DNA from: Eledone cirrhosa
Lineage: Eukaryota
Direction: 5' to 3'
DNA length: 64,000 bases
Assembly: GCA_964016885.1 (NCBI GenBank)
Contig: OZ024742.1
Location: forward strand, 87,978,001 to 88,042,000
The notes beneath the pieces were generated by a model. It had not been told where the DNA came from and searched no databases. It saw only the letters and a list, made by a program, of their open reading frames with translations. The position numbers and the translations under genes are program-made. How positions within the stretch are numbered: position 1 is the stretch's first letter; each line of letters opens with the position of its first letter. Shown piece after piece: positions 40,565 to 59,166 of this stretch.

Positions 40565-41711
40565 TTATGTCTGAGGAAATCTACCATCACCTCCACACAA
40601 ACAACCTGTTTCCGGACGAACAGAAAGGATGCCGAAAGAAGTCCCGTGGTACAAAGGACCAGTTACTTATTGATAAGATGGTAATGAGGAATTGCAAGAG
40701 GAGACACACTGCTCTTGCCATGGGATGGATAGACTACAAAAAGGAATTTGACATGGTGCCTCATTCTTGGATCACCAAAAGCCTAGAGATCTTCAAGGTG
40801 GCAGATAACATCAGACAGTTGTTTGACAAAAGTATGAAGTCCTGGGAAACAGAGTTAACATCAGCTGGAGAATCCTTAGGAGGCGTGAAGATCAAGAGAG
40901 GTATCTTCCAGGGAGATAGTCTGTCCCCTCTGTTGTTTGTCCTTGCCCTGATGCACCTGACCAGTATACTGCAAAACGTGAGAGCAGGATACAGGTTCGG
41001 AAAGGAAGGGCTTACCATCAATCACCTCCTCTTCATGGACGATCATAAGCTCTTCGGGAAGAGTGAGAAGGAGTTGGATGTGCTTGTTGACACTGTCCGT
41101 ATTTTCAGCAATGATATATGTATGCAATTTGGTACTAGTAAGTGTGGAGTCCTTGTGATGAAGAGGGGTAAAATGCAGAAGTAACGGAATCCAGGTGAGA
41201 TGATAAAGGAAATTGACACTGAAGAAGGATACAAGTATTTGGGTGTTCTGGAGGCTGATGACATCAAGAACAAAAAAATGAAGGAATTGATAAGAACTGA
41301 ATACATTCGGAGAGTACGGAGCGTAAAAATTCACATCTGAACAGTAGGAATGCCATAAGTGCAGTAAATTCCCGAGCTGTGTCTATTATTAGGTACAGTG
41401 CGGGAATTCTGAGATGGAATGTTGCTGAACAAAAAGAAATGGATAGGAAGACTAGGAAGCTATTGACTATCTACAACATGTTCCACAAGAGGAGTGATGT
41501 CGATAGACTCTACTTAAGGAGATCTGAAGGTGCAAGAGGTCTTATCAGCATAGAGGACTGTGTTCAGATGGAGAAAACAACCTACACGAAGACGTGACCG
41601 ATAGTAAGGAGAGAATGCTCAGAATGTTACTGAAGGAGAGGACGATAGACCAGGGGATGTCCAAGGAGGAAATAACATCAAGGAGAAAGAGCAGCTTTCA
41701 GGAAAAATCCC
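40565..41711 (+). mobile_element. R4/Dong-type LINE RT fragment
   Basis: [19 protein letters not shown]...WIDYKK.FD.VPHSW...[14 protein letters not shown]...HLLFMDD..L, then YKYLG and SDVDRLYLRRSEGARGL. Contains stops and frameshifts. Confidence 0.95.
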
Positions 41712-41726
41712 ATTATTATTATTATT

Positions 41727-43311
41727 ACAGTTGCTTTATGTTCATACGAGTTATCACCAAGTCACAACCAGTGACCGCAAGAGATAACAAGGTCCGCCAT
41801 GTTCAAGAAAGAACATACATACTCACACATGCATCTTTAGTGTTTAGACTTGTGATGTACTTATATTGACAGAATCTTCCTTAGTATATGGGCAGTTCCC
41901 ATTAGTACTATCTTTTGTATTTCTCCTGTACGCGGGTTTCCTGGGATTTGCGATAAGTAATCATTAGACCCCTTAGGTATCATTCCCAGAGCGCCTACAA
42001 CCACTGGTATTGTTTTAGTTCTCAATTTCCACATTTTTCCAATTTCTATCTCCATGTCCTTATACTTGTTCAATTTTTCAAATGTTTTTATAGATACATT
42101 CTCGTCTATTGGAACAGACATATCAATTAGTAGGCATACCCTCTTTTTGAAGTCCTTCAATATTATATCAGGTCTATTTCCATCTATTTTTCGGTCTGTT
42201 TGGATGCTAAAGTTCCACAACATTGAGATGTGATCTTTTTCAAGTATGGGAGCTGGTTGATGCTCCCACCAATTCTTTTGATGGGGCAGGTCAAAATGCT
42301 TACACATTATCCAATGTATGTATTGTGCAGCTCTGTCATGCCTGTTTAGGTATTCGGTTGGAGCTATAGGACTGCACATTGAAATTATATGGTCAATGGT
42401 CTCTGGTTGTTTTTTGCATACACGGCATAATGGGCTGCATTCATTTTTTATTATGTTGGCTTGGTAATTTTTTGTTGGCAGACACTGATCTTGTGCTGAT
42501 ATAATCAGTCCTTCAGTCTCCGATTTCAGTCCAGAGGATGCCAACCACTGTTGGGTTAAAGTTTTGTCAACATCAGGATTGTTAGCTCGCTCTGGGTATT
42601 TTCCATACAGAGGCTTTTCTTGCCATTTCTTAGCCAGTTTCTGTAGCAGTTCTTTCTTTGCAGTTACTTTTACCTGCTTTGCTTTTTCTGTGTTTTCCAT
42701 TTCAGCAGTAAATGGGACTTCTGAAATTTGTAGTCCATTACTGTATCTTTGTGCATCTTTTTTAATGGAATATGATCTTTTGATGCTTTCGTGTTTCAAA
42801 ACGAGTTTGATCATCCAATCATGTGATTCCCTTAGATATGTAGATAATTCAATTGTTGCAGTTTTCAACGTAATGTCTAACTGGATTAACCCACGTCCTC
42901 CTTCTTTCCTAGGGAGATATATTCTATCTATATCTGCCTTAGGGTGATGCATTCTGTGCATGGTTAAGAATTTTCGAATTTTTATATCGAGGCTACGGAT
43001 CTCTGTGCTTGACCAGTTGATGAGATTGCTACTGTAGATTACTACTGGTATGGCAAGCGTGTTTATGGCATCGATCCTATTCCTTGCATTCAATTCCGTT
43101 CTTAAGATTGCTCTTACTCTGCGGTAACATTCCTTCCTTATCCTTTCCCTCATTGTCGAGTGCTTGATTCCGTCTCCTTCACAAACACCTAGATATTTGT
43201 AAGTTTTTTCTTGATCAAGTTCTCTTATCACGTTCCCCGATCAAGATTAATGTCTGATCTCTTCAGCAGCTTTCCTCTGGTGAACGTTGGTTTGACGCAT
43301 TTGTCTAGTCC
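41727..43311 (-). mobile_element. Young 5'-truncated R4/Dong-type LINE in (TAA)n
   Basis: Contains an uninterrupted 456-codon ORF and a 134-nt 3' UTR; (TAT)n on both sides. Confidence 0.95.
41861..43231 (-). CDS. C-terminal part of an R4-clade polyprotein (RT thumb, CCHC knuckle, PD-(D/E)xK REL endonuclease); no true start
   Basis: YKYLG, GGRGL, LKSETEG..SAQDQ, CRVC...ETIDHI.S.C, RHD, NRPDII, ID...P...EK..KY.D, VVGALG. Confidence 0.9.
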   Translation of the reverse strand: MIRELDQEKTYKYLGVCEGDGIKHSTMRERIRKECYRRVRAILRTELNARNRIDAINTLAIPVVIYSSNLINWSSTEIRSLDIKIRKFLTMHRMHHPKADIDRIYLPRKEGGRGLIQLDITLKTATIELSTYLRESHDWMIKLVLKHESIKRSYSIKKDAQRYSNGLQISEVPFTAEMENTEKAKQVKVTAKKELLQKLAKKWQEKPLYGKYPERANNPDVDKTLTQQWLASSGLKSETEGLIISAQDQCLPTKNYQANIIKNECSPLCRVCKKQPETIDHIISMCSPIAPTEYLNRHDRAAQYIHWIMCKHFDLPHQKNWWEHQPAPILEKDHISMLWNFSIQTDRKIDGNRPDIILKDFKKRVCLLIDMSVPIDENVSIKTFEKLNKYKDMEIEIGKMWKLRTKTIPVVVGALGMIPKGSNDYLSQIPGNPRTGEIQKIVLMGTAHILRKILSI

Positions 43312-43327
43312 TATTATTATTATTATT

Positions 43328-43504
43328 TTGGCAGTATCGGTAGAGGGTCGGACGCCATGCTTTGACGCATAGAGTTACGGCCCTTGGCATTCTGAGTTCA
43401 AATCCCGCCGAGGTTAACTTTGCATTTCATCTTTATGGGGTCGATAAAATAAAGTACCAGTAATACACTGGGTAATTGCTGGCCTTGTGCCAAAAGTAGA
43501 AACA

Positions 43505-43508
<4 letters not shown>
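43328..43508 (+). mobile_element. tRNA-derived SINE in (TAA)n
   Basis: ggcagtatcggtagagggtcggacgccatgc...gagttcaaatcccgccgagg...agtagaaacaa(tta)n. Confidence 0.9.
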
Positions 43509-48578
<5,070 letters not shown>

Positions 48579-49489
48579 AGTAAGAAATATTACTATTTTA
48601 ATTATATGATAATCCCATATCATTTGTCAACAGGCCACATTTTAACAATGATTGTTTGTAAATGTTAATCATCTCCTCTTCTTCTTTGCCCACTTATTCC
48701 TGAGATGGGGGAAAATTCCTCAAACACTCTTTCCAGCGGGTCGCCAGAAGGTGTGAGAAATTAACAGATTGGTGACTGGCGCGAATAAGACCGCCAAAAC
48801 TGCAATATGGCGATAGGTAAGAAAAAGAACCATACCAAATAGATAAATGTGCGTGCGAATCTGTTGCTAAGGGATGTAGCTACTCATTACATATATGTAA
48901 GATTTAAATGGCAAAAAATGTTTTCCTCTGTAATCTTCGAAAAGCAAATTCAATTTGTTTAATTGGATTGCAGACACAACATTCTAAATCGTTGCCTACA
49001 TATTTATATATATAGTACAAGTATATATGTTTGCAGGCTTCAGCGTACGGATTTTCACAAAGCTACATTATCTCGCTGTCTAACACATTTTTAACATAGA
49101 CCACAAACATATTTAAAGTTCAACTGCTTGGCATTTCGAGGCTTCTGGATAAACGTATATTGATAGTGATTTAATAGGTTATATACTACATATCTAAATG
49201 CAGGAAACAGATTTTTATTTTTACAATTATTTTGTATGCCTTGCATATCACGCTGAATATATCCTGATACATTACAACTTATAGAAAATTGCAAAATTGT
49301 CTAGTTGTCTAGTATGTGAATAGAATATGTAGTGACTTTAAATATTAAATTCGTTTAATGTTGTACATCTGGTGTATTCTCTCAGTTACACAACTATAAT
49401 GGGATATATATATATATACTAGTTCACGATATTTAATAAGGGACGTGCAAAATATAATTGTGCGCACACACACACGCGCATGTATATAT

Positions 49490-49674
49490 ATATAGGAAAA
49501 GAGACAGTACCCCGACGGGTGAGCTCCGATCTTTTCGACAGCTACATCCGAACTGTTCGGATCTAGCTGTCAAAACGCAAAACGGCCGGAACTCAGCCAA
49601 CGGGGAGCTGACTCGTTTCTATTACCCATTCTGGTTCGTTATGGTTCATCTGGTTTCTTAACACACTTTCTTTG

Positions 49675-49676
<2 letters not shown>
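49490..49676. mobile_element. Mini fold-back of a Naiad-type 3' terminus
   Basis: Inner hairpin gacagcta.atccgaac-t-gttcggat.tagctgtc; outer ccccgacgggtgagctccg / cggaactcagccaacgggg. Related to 33205-33250. Confidence 0.65.
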
Positions 49677-49743
<67 letters not shown>

Positions 49744-50810
49744 GGAGGGGGGGGGGTACGCAAACGTCTATGGATTTGTTACAAAAGAAATGCACTCGCA
49801 ATTATACCCACGACAACTCATCAGGTTGAAATGTTATTTTCACATACGTATTCACACGATAATTGTCTACCATGCCAAACATTAGTTCAAGATTTATCAA
49901 AACTGGGACGAATAAATAACTATTTTCTACGTCTTAATATGAACCAACTTCAAATAAGCCAAGTAACCGCTTATCCTTTTATTCCCAGTCACTAATAAAA
50001 TAAAAAAAATAATAACATATTCAAATAAAACGACCACTCAAATTAAATATATATATATTCAAATTATTTTTTTTTCAATTGTAAAATTCATTCAAATTGT
50101 ACTCACAAATATAAAAAAATGTGAAGGCTGCGCGATGTCTAAACGTATCAGATTCGTTATTATGTAACATTTATAGCAATTAATCCAATTCTATGCTAAT
50201 GTCGTTCATTTAACGCCCAGTGTGAAATAAACGGCACGATAGAGGCAAATAGGTAAAAAGCTAGCATATTTACCAAACAGGATTGTTTATACATCTATTG
50301 ACATAATAATTTAGACTATAATTTGTAGTATATTATTTAATAATTTGTTTGTTACTATATATGTAATTTGTATTAGAACGCTGGATTTGAATAGTTCATA
50401 TTCTATTAAATAAAAATATATGTACGAATAATAGTTTTAGGCAATAATATATCAAGCATATCACAGTGAAACACTGCAGATTTTCTGACTCTATTTTCAA
50501 CCAAACACCCGGACACACATACACGCACGCACACAGACACACACTCACTCACAATCACACACACGCAAACAAACAAACACACACAAGCGCGCACACATAC
50601 CCACACAAACGCACATACACAAACACACACATATATATGTTCAAACAATCACACTCATGCATATATATATATATATATATATATACAAACACACACACAC
50701 AGGTATATATATATGTATATATTGTTATACTTGGGTAGGGTCATATTTGTGTAATATTGCCAGAATTAATATGTATATATATGTATGTATATATATATAT
50801 GTATATACAT

Positions 50811-51001
<191 letters not shown>

Positions 51002-51135
51002 GATGTGAGAAAAACCACAGACCCTCCATCTCAACTCTACTTTTGAAAAGAAGAAGAACTGCGAAACCGGTAAAGGAACGAAATAAATATATATATATTT
51101 TTTTTAAATAAGACTCCAGTTGCATTTTCGATTTC

Positions 51136-51430
51136 AGAGGCAATAAACATAAATGAACTCCAACCTATATTAAATAGAAAAAAATGAATGGAATAGCAAC
51201 ATCACAACTTACAATTAAGGACAAAATGAAAACACACACACATAGAACAAACAACCAACCAGTAACATGTAAATAAACAAATAAATAAACCAAAAAAACA
51301 CACACAGAGACACCCGGATGTAGCACATGCCCAAACTAAGCACACATCACACACAAAAACAAGATGGCGTAGGACAGAACAAAGGAGCGCCACAAAAAAA
51401 GAAAAGAATCCCCAGTCACTGAAGAGGTCA
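51136..51430 (+). mobile_element. Fragment of the Neptune-like PLE (EN end plus pLTR, cut within the hammerhead)
   Basis: Homologous to 60878-61176; ends at cagtcactgaagaggtca. Confidence 0.85.
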
Positions 51431-51439
51431 ATGATCAAC

Positions 51440-53250
51440 CAACTAAAGTTTTGTAAGTACAATAATAATTTTCAAACTAAACTTTCTAATGATATTTCCA
51501 ATATCAAACACTCTAATAATACGTTTGTATTCTCTGGTAAAACTAAAAATCTTTGCGAAGTTAGCCATTTATAAAACCAACTTTTAACGGATAGTATCAC
51601 TACTTAATATCAAAAAACTAATATTAATTTCTCTAATATTATAAATAATAAAGCTAACGCTATAGCTAGTAAATCAAAAGTAGATAACCGAACTGAAAGC
51701 CTTTCCAACGTAAAAAAATATACTACACTTAAAGAACATAAATCAGACTTTAATAACCGACCTAGTTGTAGACTTATTAACCCTTCAAATAAGAACTAAA
51801 ACAGAATTATTTCAATGGTCAAACACTTGCTCCGTTATGTCTTGGTTTAATAATATACAAGAGAAAAATAAGTGTAGATTCAACCAATTTGATACCCCTC
51901 TATACTGAATCCTTATTAACTAAAGCTTTAGAATTCGCATGACAATTTATTAATATATTCACTTCAGCAGAGGATGTTATCTTACACGTTAGGAAAACGC
52001 TACTGTTTTGTTAAATAAGAAACTTGCGTTAAAAAATCAAACCAAGGAAACCATTTAGACGTCTGGATGGGCTCGTTTGACAGTGTCGACGTATGCGATT
52101 TAGTTGCATTATTCCTCCTCCACACTCTTAAAGAGAAATTTGCCAACCCTACTATCGGCTTATACCGAGACGATGGATTGGCTGTCTCTCATAACACCAA
52201 CGGCCATGACCTCAAAAATTCTACCTGATAAACCTCAACATTACTATGGATACTAACCTAACTAATACTAACTTCCTCCACATCAATCTTGACCTACTTA
52301 CTGCTTCTTTCAAACCTTATCATATACCTAACTAAAATCTTCAATATATACACAAAGTGTCTTGCCATTCTCCTATAGTATTTAAAAACCTTATTCCTAA
52401 TATTAGTCGTAGGATATCTACCTTATCTCCTTCTATATATATTTTTAATAAAGAAGCCCTTTATTATAATAAGGCCCTTAAAATAGCAGTTTCAACGAAC
52501 AAATCAAATATATACCCACTCCTGCTTCTATCACTAAGCACAATAATAGGAAAAGAAAAATAACATGGTTTACTCCACCATTCTCTTTAACAGTTAAAAT
52601 TAATGTAGGAAGATAATTCCTTGAACATCTAGACGAAGATTTCCCCCGACAATATAGATATAATAAGATATTCAACAGAAAGTTAGTTAAAATTAGCTAC
52701 TCTTGCTCCCCATTCATGAAATCTAGAATTAGAAACAGGAATAACAATAAAGGAAATCCAGAATGTAGTTGCAGGAAAGCTAAGTATGCCCTTTACAACG
52801 CAAATGTAATAGGAAATCAATCGTATACGAGGCTAAAGTAACACCTATTGAGAATAACCAGCCAGCCATGAGTGAGCGATGTGTGGGTGTGAGGAAAGAT
52901 AGATTCAAACTCAGATACTACGCACATGTCCCTTCCTTCAAACACGTAAAAGGACAACTAAGGCGCTGGTAAATAAAGTGTGGAAGTTAAAAGAACGTAA
53001 GATTCCATACTTGATTGATCGGCCCATTTAGACTTCTCAAAATAATATCAGAAAGGCACAAAGAAATGTTCCTTGTGTATTACCGAAACATACAGAATCC
53101 TGCAAGAGTAGAAATCTCCTAATGCTTGCCTCAAAATTAAGATTTTCCAAAGTTTTTCACACATGAAATTACATCTTCTTTCCACTCGGTGTAATATACC
53201 TTTGGAAACTCTAACAACACTGTACTTCCTCCTTTTACGAATTAATACTT
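51440..53250 (+). mobile_element. Degraded Naiad-type PLE (RT plus GIY-YIG)
   Basis: TTLKEHKSDFNNRPSCRLINPS (51722), DVWMGSFDSVDVCDLV (52058), GLYRDDGLA (52157), RKRKITWFTPPFS (52548), CSCR..CPL (52764), CSLCITE (53068). Confidence 0.9.
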
Positions 53251-53694
53251 GACTCTCTACCTGATCTCATATGAACATATTTAATTAAATGCAATCATTA
53301 CGCACAATAAACATCCACTTATTTATTTCAATTATATCCCCCATATTTCTCATACCTTTAACACACGCACACCGACCACTTTCATTCGTTCTCTCCTTCA
53401 TAACCTATTAGAGACTTTGAAAACTTCTTCCTTTTTAAACTGTAACCATACCTTTATCTACAACCAAAAACGTTCACACATTCACTTTAATCACATATCC
53501 TTTGTCATAGACTTAAAACACAGAGTTTACCTACCCCCATTCCTCTATTATAGCCTTTATTTATTTCTACCTAATAGCTATAATCTTTCCATATAGCGTT
53601 ATACATTTCATTATTGTAATGACGGGAACCTCAATTCTATGTTTCAGATAATATATTCATAGATATATGTGGATATATGGCTGTTTATGTATTC

Positions 53695-53754
<60 letters not shown>

Positions 53755-54657
53755 ATTTACGTATAAGTGTGTGTGTATTCGTGTATTTATGTGTATATGT
53801 AATTGTATATTTATATATGTGTGTGTGTATGTTCATATCTATGTCTGTGTATGTATATGTTCTGCTTGTACGTATGTGTGCATGAATGTATATACATGTG
53901 TAATATATATATATATATATATATATGTATATCCATATTTGTATATGTCTGCGTGTGTGTGTGTGTGCGTGTATATATTTATACATGTGTGCTTATAATT
54001 TTATCTATGTTATTTTATTAGCTGTATATATATATATATATGTATACACACTTTTTCTAATTATATGCATTTCCATGTTTCCATGTCTGCTTGCATGCCT
54101 ACATGCGTAGGTTTATTTATGTATTTTTCGTTTTTTTTCTATTTCCATATATGTAAATATATGTGTGAGTGTATATTTATTTACGCATGTATTTACGAAT
54201 ATATGTGTTTTATATATAGACATATATGTGTATGCATGTATATATAGAAATATATGTATATATGTGTATGTGTCTATAAGTGTATGAACGTGTAAGTGCG
54301 TGTGTATATATGTATGTGTAAATATATATATGAGCGTATATATATGTGTAGGGGTGTTTATATATATATATATATTCTTGTCCCTATTTCTTATCTCTAT
54401 ATTCGATATAAGTTTATATACGCATATATGTGCACGTATAATTCTGTTTACATTTCAATATTTTTTATCTAATTAATATATTTCTATTCCATTCCAATTT
54501 TACAAATGTGTCTGTATGTATGTAAGGATTAATTTTTATGTGTGTGTATGTATATATATATATATATATAAATATATATTTAAAGGAGGGAATGTGGTAA
54601 GGAACCAGGTGGACCATAACGCACCAAAGTACTCAATACTTAGGGTAGTAGAGTGGG

Positions 54658-54717
<60 letters not shown>

Positions 54718-54785
54718 GTATGTGTATGTCTGTATGTCTGTCTACATACGTTTCTATGCATATATATATATTTATATTTATACAC

Positions 54786-54841
<56 letters not shown>

Positions 54842-55043
54842 TTCGTTTCTGAATTTGTTTAGCAAGATTCTTTATCTGAAATCGTGTGTTGAAAGCGATA
54901 TTGTTATACTTTGGGAGGGTCATGTTGCCAATAAGAAACACACGCACCAGCTGCTTTCACTTCAATTTATTATAATAAATTTATAAATTTATAAATTTCT
55001 GGTTGGTTGGTTGGTTCCACAACCAGATAGTTGTTTATATATT

Positions 55044-55086
55044 GTCATAGTTCTTTCGTCACACACTCTGTGACCTCTTCAGTGAC
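55044..55086 (-). ncRNA. Hammerhead ribozyme in pLTR
   Basis: gtca-CTGAAGA-g gtcaca gagtg tgtgac-GAAA-gaac-TA-tgac. Confidence 0.85.
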
Positions 55087-55287
55087 TGGGCATTCTTTTC
55101 TTTGTTTTTGTGCCTCTCCTTTGTTCTGTCCTACGCCATTTTGTTTCTGTGTGTGTGTTGTGTGCTCAGTCGGCGCATGCGCCACATCCGGGTGTCTGTA
55201 TGTGTTTATGTTCATTTATTTATTTGTTTATTTACATGTTACTGGTTGGTTGTTTGTTCTCTGTGTGTGTGTGTTTTCATTTTGTCC

Positions 55288-58200
55288 TTAATTGTAAGTT
55301 GGATGTTGCTGTTCCACTCATATTTTCTATTTAATATTTTCTATTGTAATTCTTTTATGTTTATTGCCTCTGTGATTTGTCTAAACATTGCGTCTTTTCT
55401 GTGTGTATATTCTATTTTTATTTCTATGTTCTCTAATTTACCCTTGTGTTCTATTTTAGCATGTTGGTAGAGTACGGATGATTCTTTACTATCCTGAAGA
55501 TCTCGCCAGTGTTCATTTATCCGTTCCCCTACACTACGAGCTCTCTCACCTATGTACACTATATTTTTCTCTCTACATTGTCCTTCAGTACATCTTATGC
55601 TATACACTACATTTCTAGTTTTACAGTTAATATGGGGGCTTATTTTACAGGTTATACATTTCTTATCTATACATGAGGGTATTTGAAAAGGCTATATCTT
55701 GCTAATAAGTGTTTTTACGGAGGTACCTGGTCTTTCTACTATCTTAATATTGAGTTTATGTTTATCTAGGGCCCTTCTAAATTTGTAAGCTAATTCAACT
55801 CTAGGGGTTGTATCGATGAACATTACACTCTGATATTTATTGCTATCATACCATGAGTTTATTCTATTAGCCTTGTTCCTAGTTCTTTCTATTCTATTCC
55901 AAAATGTGTTCCTATACAAGGGGCAGGTCCCATTTATGTCATTACTTACCATTTTTCCCATTTGGTTCTGGCTCCTCTATACACTCTGATTTTATCTCTC
56001 TGATTGTAGCCGGAGAACTGCATACGGTGGATGAAGTGCTGTATGTGTCTCTCTAGTTCTTCGGGGTTGCACATGCGGGACACGTTTCTCATCACCCGTA
56101 ACAGATCCGCAATCAGTATGTTGATTTTGGTATGGTCCGAAACGGCCGAGTTTCGGTGGATCAGATGTTTGGAAGTCATGGGTTTGGCATAATGGGAATG
56201 GAGGATTTGTTTTTTTGTTATTAATGGTATCTAACCAGAGCTCTGTGTCTAGTACAGGTAATCGATGGTTGGGGTGTTTACTTGGGTAGTCTATAGTAAC
56301 TCTAATACTCTGGTGGATGGAGTTAGCTATTTGCTGGATGCTTTCCATTGTGTTTTTCTCTAGTTCCTGACTGTTCTCTAGTGGGGGTGTCTTAACTACG
56401 ATGTTTATATCATCAACGTAGCGGGAGTACATTATCAGGGTTAAGGGGTCTTCTAATTGTTCTTTAAGTTTAAGTTTAAGTCTACTGTCCCACCATACCA
56501 TGAATAAGCTAGCTATGTCGCCTGCAATGCTAACACCAATGGCTGCTCCTTCCTCTTGGGCATATGTTTTTCCATTAAATTTGAACATATGTTCCATAAG
56601 GGTTAGTTTTATGCTGGCCCCAACCGTATGTGCAATCATTTTCTTCAGTCCATCGTGGTTTTCGGGTGTCCGTATGGCTCTGGTCCACCCGTTCCATCTA
56701 TCTGTGTGGGTTTTCTTGGCCATTGAGGCAATGGTAGGTGGTCTGCCTCTTGCTGGTCTTGTAGGGCACAGGTTGCTAAGGTCATATGTGTCTAGGTAAT
56801 TATTACTATAGGTAAGTCTAAGTAGGAGTCCCAGCTCACTGGTATCAATCCGACTGAACTCAACATTGCTCTCACTGATCATTTCTACGCATTTCTCCAC
56901 AGCAAAATCCACGTCAATAGATGGATACAGGGACACAACATCCATACTACCTATTATGCAGTTTGTTAGGTCCTAAGATCGGTTACTCACGCCGATTCTG
57001 CTGAGGACGTCCTCCGTGCTGTCACATACATCTGGGGACATTTCAATGACGGGGCGTATGATCAGGGAGAGGAAGTAGGACAGTCTGTAGTTACTAGCAA
57101 TGTTAGCTCCACAGACTGGCCGTGTTGGTGGACCCGTGACAGGGTCACTGCCCGTTTTATGGTCTTTTCGAAGGCCATACAACGCCGGCACGTCATTATT
57201 CCAGGCCTGGAAGTTGTTGGGAGTCCTTTTGTTGGGCTGCATTATATTCGTCCACATCACCATATGGGCATTGAGGGCATTTTCCCTGTCCTCATGCTCC
57301 TGTGGTGTTACCTCTCTTGTGTTAGTGATGTGGGGTTGCATTGCCTGGATGTAGTTTGGCAGGCTGTCAACCGAGATTCTGCCAGACTTGTCTGTTGGAA
57401 AGCATGCTATTTCTCCATTACGCGAGCGCTGCATGAGCTTACGCAAGCCATTTGCAGATTTTTCTCCCAGTTGCTGGGCCTCCATTCTATTATGCTTCTT
57501 GCTATACTGTTCTATAATATTTCTAAGTTCGGATCTAGCTATACTAAATTGTGCTTCTGTTTGTTCATCGACCTGCGACGGCAATTGCGTGCGTTTGTTA
57601 AATGGTAATGTCGTGGCGTGGACTCGTCGCAGGTCGAACGATTTATCGGAGGGATTATAAAATGTAGAGTTCCAGGCTGCTGCTTTATGTGTACTAGTGC
57701 TATTGTTATTGTTAGCTGTGTTGTTTCTATTTCTATTTCCACCAACAGCCTCATGGTTGTTTCTATGTCTCTCATAATTACTCCTCTCTCTTTCCACTGG
57801 CTCATTGTTGTTATCTACCCTATTTTGTGTGTCTGTGTGTTTGTCTTGGTTATTTTCATTGTCCTTAGTCTCCCTTCTCCTTTTAATCCTATTACTTTCC
57901 CTTATTTCTGTGATTTCAGTGCTACTCTCATTACTTGTTTTCTGTGTCTGTGTGTTCGTTAAAATTGTGGTGGTGGTGAGAGGCATTGAATGTGTGTGTG
58001 TTGTTGTTGTTGATGTGTGTTGTTGTTGTCTCCGTGTGTGTTTTTATTGTTGTGTGTGTTCTTATTGTTGTTTGTGTCTCCTTGTCTGTTGTTGTTATTT
58101 CTGGGTATGTTATTATTGTTGTTGTTGTTGTTGGTGTGTGTGTTGTTGTTATTGTTGTTTGTATCTGTGTGTCTGTTGTTGTTGGGTGTGTGTTGTATAT

Positions 58201-58972
58201 GTGTGTGCGTATATTGTTACTTTTGTTTTTGTTTTTGTTTTTGAGGCTCCAACGTAGTTTTGTAAATTATTTTTCCTATTTCTGACAAACAACTAATCAT
58301 ATTTACCTTCTTGAAAATCGCAAATTTAGGTGGTAGAAGTAATACAGATAACTCATCGTCATCTATTACCGTGTTGCCGTATATATTTGTGTTGTTGTTG
58401 TTGTTGAACTCATCTGTTAATGAGGTGTCGGCCATATTTATACCGTCGATTTTATCGGGATATCTATTGGTATTCTCTACAGTATCCTGATTTAGCTTTA
58501 TCTGCTTAAGCCACTTTAGTTTCTTGTTAAAGTGCTTATCACATTCTTGAGTAATGTACTGTTCTTCAGGACGTATAAGGATTATAAATATTAGTTTCTC
58601 TCTTGGTGTGGTGATCCTAGCTATTTCTTGTATTAGCTTATGTTTTTCTTGGTGGCTTAATTCTCTATAGATCTTCTTTTGTATGTTTAGTATTAGTGTT
58701 CGTTTTAGCCTATCTGCTTGTTTTTTGGTGAGTTGTAATCTTCTTACGCCGGTGTTGATGGTGTTGGTGTAAACTCGGGACGAGGCACATTCTTTTATGA
58801 AGTGTAGTTGTCGAGATGTTATGGTTTTTCGTAGACAACAGAACATGGTGGTTTTCAGTATCTTGTTAGCCTGGCTAAGGCTTACGATATTTCGTTTTTG
58901 AATTTCTTTAGCAAGATTCTTTATCTGAAATCGTGTGTTGAAACCGATATTGTTATACTTTGGGAGGGTCAT
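55288..58972 (-). pseudogene. PLE RT/GIY-YIG ORF with stops and frameshifts
   Basis: Starts MTLPKYNN inside the pLTR. PTDKSG, LYGLRKDHK, RPVCG, DVVSLYPSI, GAAIG, RYVDD, LPVLD, Cys-rich linker, VYSIRC...YIGE..RS..ERINEH...EA..I...P.LN. Confidence 0.92.
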
Positions 58973-59092
58973 GTTGCCAATAAGAAACACACGCACCAGT
59001 TGCTTTCACTTCAATTTATTATAATACATTTATAAATTTATAAATTTCTGGTTTGTTGGTTGGTTCCACAGCCAGATAGTTGTTTATATATT

Positions 59093-59135
59093 GTCATATT
59101 TATTTCGTCACACACTCTGTGACCTCTTCAGTGAC
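59093..59135 (-). ncRNA. Hammerhead ribozyme in upstream pLTR
   Basis: gtca-CTGAAGA-g gtcaca gagtg tgtgac-GAAA-taaa-TA-tgac. Confidence 0.82.
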
Positions 59136-59166
59136 TGGGGATTTTTTTCTTTGTTTTTGTGCCTCT

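Noticed and set aside
56500-58285. Plus-strand ORFs up to 150 aa, some Cys/Val-rich
   Set aside because: Antisense shadows of the PLE ORF and its low-complexity tract.
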